NCBI GenBank assembly: GCA_012295275.1
Contig: CM022673.1
Location: 16,244,001 to 16,308,000 of the forward strand
Reading direction: 5' to 3'
DNA length: 64,000 nt
Source: Chrysomallon squamiferum
Taxonomy: Eukaryota > Animalia > Mollusca
A program made the position numbers and the translations under genes. Shown here piece by piece: positions 1 to 26,934 of this stretch; position 1 is the stretch's first letter, and each line of letters begins with the position of its first letter. The notes beneath the pieces were generated by a model. The model did not search any database. It was given only the letters and a program-made list of their open reading frames with translations, and was not told the origin of the DNA.

Positions 1-354
1 ATGAAAGCAGGCTTAGAATGTTTTTCAGGATTTAAATAAAAACAAAAATATTAACTTATTATTGCATAAAGTAGTTGTGGCTATATATAAACAAGTTCAT
101 ACACCAGCTTGTATTACATCAAATTATATTATATTTTATTTTATTTTATTTTATTTTATTTTATTTGTTATAATTTGTTGTCGTCTTTTTTATTTTTTGT
201 TTAATTTAGTGTAAAAAATGTATTTATCCAATACCAATAAACAAAAATATTTTATTAAATTTGCTTTCCAGATGATGGAGATTAAACTTACTTTAAATAA
301 TCCTTACTTTAAATAAAAATGCAAATGTAAAATTAAATTTTGTGAATTTTGTAG

Positions 355-4441
<4,087 letters not shown>

Positions 4442-4577
4442 CAAGTGCCTTATTATATTTATTATTTTATCATTATATGTGTACACAAATAATTTTATAA
4501 CCAGAAACTGTCTTGTCTTAAACAATATGATTTAAGTTTTATTTTTATTTTCTAATGTCTCTGTATGAGCTTCTGAT

Positions 4578-4578
<1 letters not shown>

Positions 4579-4642
<64 letters not shown>

Positions 4643-4648
4643 TGTGTG
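4579..4648. repeat. (GT)n microsatellite in DEF8 3' UTR
   Basis: Direct reading. Confidence 0.95.
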
Positions 4649-4879
4649 TTAATAATCTAAAGATTAATTTTTTCATTTTAAACTTCTTTTTATACCCTTT
4701 TTAATCTCTTTAACTTATGTGGATACACATGGATGATTCTTATGAGGTGCTAATGTTCTCTCGTATCAGTGGTGATTTGAGAACATCAACTATGCAGGAT
4801 TTGTGATCAGTGAGATTGGTGATTTTGTCTTACAGTTATTGTACTGTGTTAAAATTTATTTATTGTTTTGTATAGTGCT

Positions 4880-4885
4880 AATAAA
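4880..4885 (+). terminator. Probable DEF8 polyadenylation signal AATAAA
   Basis: AATAAA ~440 nt after the stop codon, followed ~25 nt later by a GT/T-rich tract (4904-4921). Confidence 0.55.
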
Positions 4886-5491
4886 ATACAATACATTTAA
4901 AAAGTGGTTTTTTTTTTTTTTGCTTTATTTTGGATCTGGCTTTAGTTCAGAAATAGATGAGTCACAGGATTAATTCTTCTTAATTTATCCATTTGACTAT
5001 TGTATATAAAGAAAAGCTTCAGTATCTTCTTTCAAGACTGTGGAAAAGTGCATATTAAAGATGTCATGCTACTAATCATACAGAAGGTGCAGATTTCCTA
5101 TCACAAAATATCACACAGTATTGCAGCCCTTTAATATTAGGTATGTTTAAAATAAGAGTCATTAATTGAAAAAAAAAAGATGAAAATAAATTGGATACAA
5201 GTTATTTCAGTGATTATGTTATCATGCTATAGTCATATATTTTTATTTTTCATTTATTTAACATGAAAATATCTTTACATTCACTTTCATATGTATTTCA
5301 AAATGATACTTCACTTTCCTTATTGTCCATTTATTTATTTGTTATTTTATAGACATCTGAAAATAATATTTGAAAAAAAGATTGGACTGGTTCATTATGA
5401 AGAAACAATATCTGAACAATAATCTGCTGCTCTTTCATTACCAAACTATGTCACTTCCACTAATAATAATGATAACCAACCATCAGAAAAC

Positions 5492-8400
5492 TCAGTTAAA
5501 AACAAAACTAATAGGTGATGTGGAATCATGGTTGTGTGTGTTATAATTTGGGATAGCCTGCCACATTTTCTCTGTGATGTTGTGGGTGTTGTCCTTGTCA
5601 ATGTAGTCAAGACAGTCAGCTCTCCAGATACCAACACCTCTCAGATTGAGACGAGAAGCAAGTCCAAACTTGCTCTTCAAACTCTCTGGATCATCATACC
5701 AAAACTGGTAAGTCTGGCCAGCATATGGATCCTTTGTTTTAGAAAATAATATAAAATACTGTAGAAAATAGCTAAACATAATAGAAACATGTGTTTTCTT
5801 CACTTTAGATTAATTTAAAAAAATAATAATAATGTAAATAAAATCGTGTAGAAAATTGTTAGATATAAATTTTGTTGGAGAAATTTGGGGCCTCTTTACT
5901 TTTACATTAATGAAAAATAGTAATAGAAGAAAATAAGATATGAGAATAAAATAAGTGTTCACTGTGTGTCTGAAGTACAATGTATAAAAAATAAGTACTC
6001 ACAGTTTGTATAAAATAGCTATTCACAATGTGTAAAATAAAACATACTCGCTGTACATAAGTATTCAGCGTCTATAAAATAAGTACTGACTGCATATAAA
6101 ATAATTAAGTACTAGGTACAAAGTAATGTATAAAACTCACTATGTTTGTAGTCAGTATATAAAGTAAGTGTGTATAAAATGAGTACTCACTGTGTGTATA
6201 TATAAATAAGTACTCACTGTATATACATATATAAAGTAAGTACTGTATGTATAAAGTAAGTACTGTATGTATAAAATAAGTACTGTATATATAAATAAGT
6301 ACTCACTGTGTGTATATATAAATAAGTACTCACTGTATATATATAAGTACTCATAGGTATGTATAAAATAAGTACTCACTGTATATACACAAATAAGTAC
6401 TCACATATGTATGTATAAAATGAGTACTCACTGTATATACCTATATAAAGTAAGTACTGTATGTATAAAATAAGTACTGTATATATAAATAAGTACTCAC
6501 TGTGTGTATATATAAATAAGTACTCACTGTATATACATAAATAAGTACTCACTGTATATACATAAATAAGTACTCACTGTATGTATAAATTAAGTACTCA
6601 CATATGTATGTATAAAATAAGTACTCACTGTATATACATAAATAAGTACTCACTGTATGTATAAAATAAGGTGACAAAGTCTTATTATCCCACAGTCTTC
6701 CGGAGGCTGACATGTCGGCCAGTGGGTAGATTTCGCTGAAACATTTCTGAGTGCCAGCTTTCTGACTGCAGAATGCTCCGAGATAGGACACATACCTTAT
6801 AGAGCAAGTGTTATTCTGAAAAATAACCACAAACCACATTATCCACTCATTACATTAAGTAATTATAAAATTATTCAAAAAAAAAAATGAAGTGAATTAA
6901 ATAACAATATAAATTCAAAGAATAAGCCTAACTGATAAAGTATTGTTTAAAATTATTGTTTGTAATTTATATTTTTATTATGAATGGCTGAGAATAAATA
7001 AAAATGAAAAATAAAATTTACTTCATCAATCTCCAGACATGGGTATTTCAGCCCATACCATGGTAAACCAAGAACAAGTTTGTCCTCAGAAATGCCCATT
7101 GCAAGATAATCTTCAATTCCTGTCAAAAAAAAAACATCAAATTAAATTATCAATGATCAACAACACCTGAAAATTTGTTTTTATGTTAACAAATGTTGGT
7201 ATTAAATTGTTTGATGATGATATTATTAAAGAGGAAACTGTAGCCACCACATTATTGGCAATATAAAAAATACCATTTAAAAAAATAACACACATTTATT
7301 TTGTTATTTTAATATTCTAAAATATCAATTACATATGTAAACAAATCTCCCACAGCTCATCATAAACTGATGGATTAGCAAAATAATAAATGATAAAATA
7401 ATCAAAGTGAAGAAGTTGTAAATTTTACCCTGTTGAGCTTTGTAATACCCTGCATTTGCTCCAGCAACACATTTCTCAAATATCTGACTGCGATGGTCGT
7501 ATGACATTACAAAAAGGAAGTCAGTGGCTTCTGCAAGTCCAACAAAGTCATAACAACGTCTGTCAATACAGTTTGGGCTCCAAGGAACATCAACTGTGAC
7601 CTGAAATAAAATAAATTACAGTAGCTTGATAAAGTGTCCAAAGTAAATTTTGTCTCCTATGGAAATAGCTTAATTTTTACACTAATCTATGCATATAAAA
7701 AAATGCAGTCATATAAACATACACAAAGATATATTAATGCTCCTAACAAACTTGTAGTTGTACATACACATATATATGCAATGAAATATACACAAATACA
7801 TACATATTATATGCTAGTATGCAAGCACACACACATACACAAAGACAGATACATTCATACACACATTCATACATGGACACACAACTTACACATACAACAG
7901 ACACACACACAAACACTCATATATACATATATACAAACAGAGACCTACATACTTGAGATGTGGGTATTTCCTCTTTAAATTTCCTGTAGGTTTCTCTCAC
8001 CAAAGATGTAAAGGCATCTTTTAACAGAGGTTGACTTCTAGATATTGGCTGTTCAAAGTCAATGTTGATGCCATCAAGATGTTGACGTTTGACACGCAGT
8101 ATCTGTTGGTCAATCCACTTTTCTCTTAATGTTGCATTAGCCAACTCGGTTTTTGAAAATGTGGCTAGCAATGATAAAATGTAAAAATACATTCTTTCTT
8201 GATTTCTAGAAAAAAATCTAATGGTTCAGTGGTATAAAATGAATGACTATTTATTTTTAATGGAGGCATGAACTTGTTTTTAAATATCTAGACAATTATA
8301 AATATAAATGTAATTATTCTGCAATGTTGTATTAGATGGGAAATGCATTACGGCCACATTAACATTATTTTTGAATATTAATATAACAAATAATTTAATT

Positions 8401-9913
8401 TTAAAATAAACTGGTAGTAGTTAACATTACTCTTACCAAAACTAACTTTATAACATACAAACTAATATTAATACTGTATCATATATTGGCATTAATTAAC
8501 ATACTAACCAATATTAACAGTATAACAGATACTGGTAGTAGTTAACATACTCACCAATACTAACAGTGTAACACAAACTGGAATTATTTAACTTACAAGT
8601 CAATACTATCAATATAACACATAATGGAATTAATTAACATCCTAAACAATGCTGATGATGTAAATAAATGGGGATTACCATACTAACTAATACTAACAAT
8701 GTAACATACTGGGATTAACATACTAACTAATACTAACATATACTGGAATCAACATACTAACTAATACTAACATTGTAACAGGTATTAGTTAATGTAATAA
8801 CATCATAATATATATACTGTATTAATTAACTTACTAACATGGAAAAACATACTGACATTAGTTAATATTCTAACATAACACAAACTGGTAATGGTTAACA
8901 TACTAACAATGTAACACATACTGGTATTAGTTAACATGCTAACATTGTAATTCATACAGTATTAATTAACAATGAAGAACATACTGGCATTAGTTAATAT
9001 ATTAACAATATAACACATATTGGTATTAGTTAATGTACTAACAATGTAACACATACTGATGTTAGTTAACATGCTAATATTATAATACATACAGTATTAA
9101 TTAATGGAACACATTTGTTAACATAGTAACACTTACTGGTATTAGTTAACAAACCTATAACTAACCTATACTGACAATTCTAACATTATGTTCATGTGCA
9201 TAGCACATGAGAGAAGTGCTGACAAAACCCACTAGGACAATGGTTGTCATCTTGTCCCAGTCATATTGGCGCCATATTCTTTCTCCACGGTTCTTAGAAA
9301 ATATAAACACCTGAATAAAAAACCACCTAATAGTAAAAATGGCTACTTTGTTAAAAAGCTAAAAGACAGACTTGAAAACAAAAAATCATTTAAAACTGTA
9401 AGCAGTTTCTAGATTTTCAGTTAAACAACAAATTGTTAGTTTTGTTGATTTATCTATTGGATACCACATTTCTTGTATTTCTAAGAAAGAAGATTAAATT
9501 CAAACTGAATGTAGAGTACAGACAACAAAATAATTAAGAAACAAAACAAACCTAAAAAAATCATTGTTTCTTTGCTTTTTTTTTTTAAAATAAACCTTCC
9601 TTATTAAGAAATTTTAACTCACAAGGATAATGAATATAGTATTTTAATTATAAATTTTACACACAAAAAATTTAAAACATAAATACTAAAATAAATAAAA
9701 TGAACAAAAAACACTAAAAAATAACAAAAAAAAAAATATATGTCAGTTGCCTAACAAATCCCCATTATTTACAAAACAGCTTCTTCTCACCTCATTTCTG
9801 ACTGTTCTGTTGACCGGATGACAAAATTCTTCTCTCTTACACGGACAATGAGATCCAAAACTGCCCAACAGAAACACACACATCACACCCAAAACTACCA
9901 CGAAAGTCTCCAT
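5492..9913 (-). CDS. CTBS: Di-N-acetylchitobiase (lysosomal GH18 exo-glycosidase), 7 exons, ~383 aa
   Basis: Minus-strand exons 9913-9791, 9310-9166, 8164-7953, 7600-7429, 7119-7022, 6815-6654, 5731-5492, all phases consistent (1152 nt). Signal peptide METFVVVLGVMCVFLLG, then CPC..FCHP, YDWDKMTT, GH18 catalytic motif LDGINIDFE, VDVPWSPNCIDRRCYD, FVMSYD, KLVLGLPWYG, WYDDPESL and LRGVGIWRADCLDY. Confidence 0.95.
5950..6670 (-). repeat. Minisatellite (~20-27 bp unit) built from the CTBS exon-6 3' end plus its GTGAGT donor
   Basis: Minus-strand unit ttattttatacataca|GTGAGTac. About 15 extra GTGAGT hexamers (plus-strand actcac) follow the real donor at 6653. Copies degenerate toward 5950. Confidence 0.9.
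8405..9160. repeat. Degenerate ~36-bp minisatellite filling CTBS intron 2, abutting the exon-2 donor
   Basis: Unit approximately actggtattagttaacatactaacaatgtaacacat, roughly 20 diverged copies. Confidence 0.85.
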
Positions 9914-10937
9914 CTTGAAATTTTGATAGCAAATTTTATCTACTTAAAAACTTGTCTGAAAAATAAAACTTTTATTCACAATTATATTTCCACAAATATT
10001 TTGATTAGAGCAAAGATATGATTATAATAAATCCAAGAATATTTATTTTAAAAAAGAAAGTGAATTAACAATCACAGCTTTCTGAAGTCTAGTTTTGGTC
10101 TGTTTTCTATTCTTTTTAACATAGCAAGTTTAAAACAAATAACAGGATGTTAAATGTTTTTGTTACACTTTCTGTCTGTAAATTTAAACTCTGTGATCTT
10201 TGGTCACCTGACACAGATATTGATTTTTTTTTTTTTTTTTAGCACTCATTTAGTTTGACCTGTCTGGACTCTTCTGTCCTTTTTAAGATTAAAGTGTAAA
10301 AAAATAATAATAACCTGTACTGAAAATTTCTTCATTGTCAAAAAACAACATTGAATGATAAAATCTGTTTCAGCTTGTTTTTACTACATTTGAAGTTGCT
10401 CTTAATGTAACTTTAAGCTAATCTTACTATTGTCAAAATTTTAGAGTATAAAAGTACATCTTTTTGTTATAAAGTTTCAGACTACTGTCACTGACAAGTA
10501 ATGTTAAATCTACTTCAGATATTTAATTTGTACTGGAAGTATTTGAGTTCTCATCCGAGTAGTGAAAAATGCTCCATCAAGATTTTTTTTTTTTTTTGCA
10601 TGTGAATCATATATTTTGATCTCCATACAAGCTTTTATAGTTTAAACTATGTACAGTGATATCAAAAAGTATTTAAAATGCTTTTTTTCTTTCTTCTAAA
10701 TAAACATGAGTGTAATACCTGAATATTGAAGTTAAGAACCAAATATCAACTTTTGATAATTTACATAAATACTTATCTTTTAAATATTTAAATATTATTA
10801 ATTTATCTGCTGGGTTTCTATTTTGTCACATTCAATATATGAAAGAAGAAACCTTTAAATGTCACTAATTTTTCTTACCAGCAAAAAGAGGTATTTTATA
10901 TGAACCTTCTCATGAACAGGAATGTCTAGATAATCCA

Positions 10938-10952
10938 TGTGTGTGTGTGTGC

Positions 10953-11015
<63 letters not shown>
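10938..11015. repeat. (GT)n/(GA)n compound microsatellite
   Basis: Direct reading. Confidence 0.95.
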
Positions 11016-11017
<2 letters not shown>

Positions 11018-11028
11018 AAAAATAACAT

Positions 11029-11034
11029 TTTATT
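11029..11034 (-). terminator. Candidate distal poly(A) signal of RUNDC1 (would imply a ~5.3-kb 3' UTR)
   Basis: AATAAA on the minus strand followed by a (TC)n tract. 11030-16340 is A-rich on plus (U-rich on minus) and has no recognisable exons. Other AATAAA sites exist, so the assignment is tentative. Confidence 0.35.
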
Positions 11035-12718
11035 AAAGAAAGTAAATAAATCACAAAATACTCAACATGATATTGACAAAAAATAGTTTATTTTTGTAGA
11101 CAAGACAAAAAATAAAACACAAACAAAATACAGCTCCAGGCTAACAAAAACAGTGAAATAAATTATACTAAAGTAAAATACTGTCAGAAACAAAATATCA
11201 TTTACCTGTGTACACTGATAAATTGTCAACAGTTACATGAAAACCAGTCTTAAAAATATTATAACAGGATATTCAACAAATATTTTTTTTATTTAAAATA
11301 GTAAAATTAAATGTGCAATAAATAAATAAACATTCTTCTTAAACAAAATTACTTTAACAAGTTAGATTAATATGTTAATTTTAACACAAAAACAATTTGA
11401 TAAATGAAATTCTAAATCATGGTGGTCAGAACAATTAAAAAAAAATCATAATAAATTATAAAAAAATCGTAATAATAATACCTTTTAATTTTAAAAAATA
11501 AACTGGTAATATACCCCAAATTCACTGTGCAAAAATTGTACAGATATTTCCAGTATCTTATTATTAAATACAAATTGAAAAATCTTCTGTCAATACCATG
11601 TCCAAGTAAGACAAATTTTTTACTAAACATTATTTTAAGTTCCATTGTAGCCATTACCTTGAAACCTTATCCTGAATCTTTTCTGTAAAATTATCAATAA
11701 AATATATTGATATGACCATTGTGAATTCATTTTATTTTTATGTAATTATTAAATAACAAATTATATTCTCCACTTAAACTCTAAAATATTCTGCATAAAA
11801 TTATGAATTATACCCTTACCTAACCCTCTCAATCTAATCAAAACAAATTATTTTCTAAGATTTTGTCAACATCAGATTATTGAATTAGAATTTTATCTCC
11901 ATCAAAATCTTGAACATCCATATAAATTTAAACAGAATAAAATTGTGAAATAAAAACAGTATGTATCCCTTTTTTCTCCATACCCCAAACCCAAGATTAA
12001 TTTTTTCATTTTTTCATTCCTTGAGGTCTGGTTTTGAAAACTGTTACTGAGTTAAGAACTGGGTGAAATTTTCACCTGAAGAGACTATTGACAGAGAACA
12101 AACAGTAATGTCAAGAAAACCCAGACAGCTCTTTTTGTCACACTAGAAAACTTTGACATGTTGGTGTCAATCTTATAGAAATGTAACACATCATCTTCTG
12201 CTCAAAGAACAATCCAGAAGATGGTCACATGATCTCGTATCAACAGATAAAATTAGAACTGTCATATGACCAAGAAAAAAATTGCCACCAGAAAGATGAA
12301 ATATTTATAGAAAATAATTTTAAATAACAATAATAAAGAAAAACAAATTCAATAGTGTAACAATACCCAGTAATATCAGAACTAAAAGATTGTCATAAAA
12401 ATATAAATAAAAATTAAATATCAATTAACAGAAATAATAATAAAGTAAACAACATTATGTTGTTTTTTTTTCTTCTTCTATAACCATGCCTGTTATATCC
12501 CAATCAAAAGATAGTCACCTAATAAAATGCAGTATATATTATTAACAGCCATAATCTTAAATTAAATAATTAAAAATGCCCATTTGTGGTTATATAAGCT
12601 AAAGATTGTCATAAAGTAAAATGTAATATATTAAATTAAAATACGTTATAATAATAATCTAAGCACAGTGTAATTTTAACTCAAGAAAACAAAATCAGAT
12701 TGTGTTGAATAGGCCAAC

Positions 12719-12756
<38 letters not shown>

Positions 12757-12980
12757 AATATTTCATGCTGAAACTTGTAGGTGCAGATGTGTCAGACCAG
12801 TTTGACATAGTAAAAGTTAAAAGTCAGAAAGAAAACATGAGAAAAGCCCCTTAGTAATTTTCCAAAACATAAAAAAAAAAAAAATAATAATAATAAAAAT
12901 AAGATTAAAAAATAATAACTAAAAAAAATATAATAACAAATTTAAAAAAATTAAAATGAATAAAAAAATAAAAATTATAA

Positions 12981-13012
<32 letters not shown>

Positions 13013-16000
13013 TAAAAAATAAAAAAAACATCAAATAATAATAATAAAAAAAGTAGCATTAAAGACAATATAAAGAAACTTGCTGTGACTGCAAGTTTTT
13101 ATAAATTATAATATTTAAATTACTAAATAATTAATTTATATATCACCATATAATGAAAATCTTTGTAAAAACATCTCTGAAAAAAACCTCTGAAAACAAA
13201 TCCCTTATTAAAAAAAGGACTTCTTTGCATAACAACCATTTCTATCATACATCCTACATTAACATTAACCTGTCCATAACAACAAATAAATATATAGCTT
13301 TAACTCTTGTATAAAGACCAATGCATATTCTAAGACAAAATACTCAAGATCTTTTTTGGAATATATTATCTAACAAAGCTGAATATAACATAGCTTTTTT
13401 AATGAAATGGAAATCATAAAGGATGTAAGAATGGAATGAATTTATATTTAAAAGAGAACAGCTATAAAATTTTAAATAACAGGTAATGAACTTCAAAGTA
13501 GAATATGCCTGACACGTGACAAACAGAACCATAACAACCAACATAAAACTAAAATTAACATTAAATAAACAGGAACCTCAACATTATGTAAGTAATATAC
13601 ATACTCACAGAAAACATGAATATTTACAAAAAATCAAAAAGATTGTAATTTTCAACAACAATATATTAACATAGTTATTGCACTTATATGTTGTTAATAC
13701 TCAATACATATTTAACATTTACACATATTTAATACTATCCATTAAAACAAAATAACAACAGTGTAGATAATTATGTCTTCAATAATATATGCACCATTAT
13801 GCATAAAGATAGCAGCAAAAAGTTAATAGTCTGTAGTAATATCAATTTAAGCATTTTACATTATGTAAAATATTATCTTTCTGTTCATTCATGTACATCT
13901 GTTTGCCAAAAACAAAAATAATAATAATAATAATTTAATATCAGTATGTAAATAATTATGTCTGTATAATTTAAAAATGTTAAAATGAATACAGCTTAAC
14001 TACATCATCATAGATTCAATGCATAAATTCTATTTTAACTTAAATGCAATTTTAATGTGTATTTTTGGTAAGGCATGATCTAAATACTTTCAGTATACAG
14101 TCCAATGATCTACTTACTAGTAATAAATGTAAATCAACAATGAATCATTGATGAATTAAAGTGATATTTATCACACACTTTTTTCAATGTGTTTTAAAAT
14201 AGAAAAACAAATTCTATAGTTACCATCAGCTTAAGGATGATTTCTTATTAAGATTGATGTAATTTTTAAATTATTATTATTGCTTTGATTTTTGTACATT
14301 AAATACAGAACACTTCATTAACATCATTGTTCTTGTCATCAATTTGAAACAAGTTATTAATTGGTCAGACATTCTTATTTAAGAATGATTTTTTAGTTTT
14401 ATAAATAAATACTTTTTCTCTATTACAACACTATTTTGTATTTCACATACAAATGTATGTTTATATGGGTTTTTTTGTTGGGTTTTTTCTAGCCAACAAC
14501 CTCAGACTTGTATGTAGAGAAATTCTGCCACACAAATACTTCATTCATTAAGATTATACTACAGACATCACATTTCTAATTTTATAAAGTAAAAGTATTA
14601 AATAAACTTTTTTTCATTTATTTTTTAATATAATAAATTATTTTTCTAAGGGTGAAATAAAACAAAATGTAAATGTCAACAATATTTTTTTATATATATA
14701 TACACACAGATATATAATGAAGAGCTTTTAGTCAAAACATCATTTAACTGGTATGTCATATTTGACTATACTGGATTGTATACATGTATATAATGTTGTC
14801 TGTACATACTGAGATTACATACATATCTGTAAGAGATTATACAAGCAGGTAAAACGAAACCAAAAAATAGTTCAAAATGAAAAACAAAACAATAAAAATA
14901 GAAATCATGGAATGTGTGCTAATCTGGAATTCTCACAACTGAATTCTGAAAACGTAAAACTATATAACAGAAAGAGATCATAAATAACAAGTAGTTACAA
15001 ATCACATTACTTGTAAAACACAGACAAAAGAAAATATAAAATTAATAAATTACAGAATTCATTTTGGCAAGAAATATTACCTTTTTGGCAGTCATATAAA
15101 CCAAAATGTGCCCATTCAAAAGACTGAGATATTTCCATAGTAAAGAAAAAAGAAAATCATTATATAAATAGTGACAAATGAATATAATTTAAGATGAATA
15201 CAAAATTTAATGGCTAATTATTTCTGAACAGATTATTTTTCAGTTTTGCTTTGGTATTTTTTTTATTATTAAGATCTAGATATTTTATCACTGAAAGCTG
15301 CGAATACTTTTCTCAATACATTTTTTTTTTTAGATCCGACAAATCTTTCTCATGAACTTAAAGCTATTAATACAAATACAAACTAACATTTGAACTACAT
15401 AAAGGAAAAACAAAATGTTTCAAACACAGGTTAATAGTAAACAATAATACATGTAATAATAAAACAAAGTATAACAAGTAATGAAATAAAATAAGTTATT
15501 TTTAACAATATATAATATCTGCAGTAATTCTGCACATATACTAAAAAGAAAGAACTACAGGTACCAGTCTGACCCAGCTTGGGTCCAGGGCTGACTTGGA
15601 TTTCTGGATTTTTTGTTTTTTTGGACCAAGGATTATTATATACTTAAGAAATAAAATAAACATTGAAAAGTAAAGAACAAAACTGTATTTAACAGATAAA
15701 AATTAGTACATTTCTAAAGCTTGTCGTTTTCAGCTAATTCTAGAAAAAGGATAAACAGGTCTAGTAGCTGTAGTGTGTATGTCTCTGAATGTTTTTGTCA
15801 GTGTTTGTTAATGTATATTTTTGTTTCTATGTGTGTCTGTTCAAGTTTGTTTTAAGAAATAATATCTATTAAGAATGAAAAACAAATCATCCAACAAAAA
15901 ACAGGTGATGTGGCCTTATATCAAGCAAAACATAAAATAAAAAATAAAATTAATTAGTAAATAAATAAATAATAATAAGCGGAAGAAGATGTTACTTATG

Positions 16001-16341
16001 AACAATTACAGTAGTAATAATATGATAAACAATATTTTTTAAAACATTAACTTGCAGGCACTACAATTAAACACAGAGAAAACTAACTCTCACTGTTTTC
16101 AAAGGCAAGCAGTTTTCAGTCTACTATTTATTTATATGTAATAGTTATCTATTTAGTAAGCATTCTTAAAGGCATTTTGAATTTACACTTTAAAATATTG
16201 AAAAAATTATACTTAGCAATGACAATTACGATTTATGGCCAGTTCTGTTAAAGATACTGTGATCTTTTCCAGAGCTGGCATTATTTTGATAATATTTTTC
16301 TAGAATTTTGTTTTTACTCTTGATGCGACTCAGTTACTAGA

Positions 16342-26204
<9,863 letters not shown>

Positions 26205-26889
26205 TGTGAGTGACGTATCTGAAACAAACAGAAAACCCCTGTGCAGTTTTTAAACAAACTTCAACAAACAGAAATAAAATTAATGACAGGCTAGCAAAGA
26301 AATATAATTTAATTGCATGACATTTAATAATAAAAATAATGATAGCTTAAAATGCCCAAATAATAATAATAATAATAATTATAATAATAATCAGTATGTG
26401 ATGTTTCTTCTTTTTTCTTTTATGCAAGAAATCTTTGAAATATAACTAACAAGCTTTCTATTTTCTAAAACTTGTAATTTTTTTCCCCACATACAATTAG
26501 AAATAATACAAAATTGCTTTAAATTTTATTACAAATCGGCTGTTGATGCACTATAGAAAAATTATTATTAAAAATATTTTAGACAAACATGAACTATCAT
26601 ATACCTGGTTATTTTGTAATTTTATTTATGGAAAACATTTTAGTTGTAAATATAAATTAAAACTATATTCTCGATACAGTAAATTTTGCAAGGATTTTAA
26701 AAAATAATAATAAAAAAATAAAAATAAAAAATAGGTCATTACATTCAAACATGACATCCAAATGTCACTGCTGGTATTTATTTAACATTATTTACATATG
26801 TTCAGTGCTAGATCAATTTTTTTGTTGTTTATATTAAACATCTGTTTAAAATAATTAACATCAACAAAAACAAAGTTTAGATGAAAAAC

Positions 26890-26890
<1 letters not shown>

Positions 26891-26929
<39 letters not shown>

Positions 26930-26934
26930 GCGTG
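26891..26934. repeat. (TG)n microsatellite
   Basis: Direct reading. Confidence 0.9.

Noticed and set aside
262-300. Acceptor-like tttccag followed by ATG upstream of the first DEF8 exon seen
   Set aside because: No DEF8-like translation or suitable donor; the true upstream exon lies outside the window.
15563-15600. GC-rich hairpin gaccca-gct-tgggtc in the putative RUNDC1 3' UTR
   Set aside because: The stem is only 6 bp and matches no SECIS, IRE or histone stem-loop consensus.
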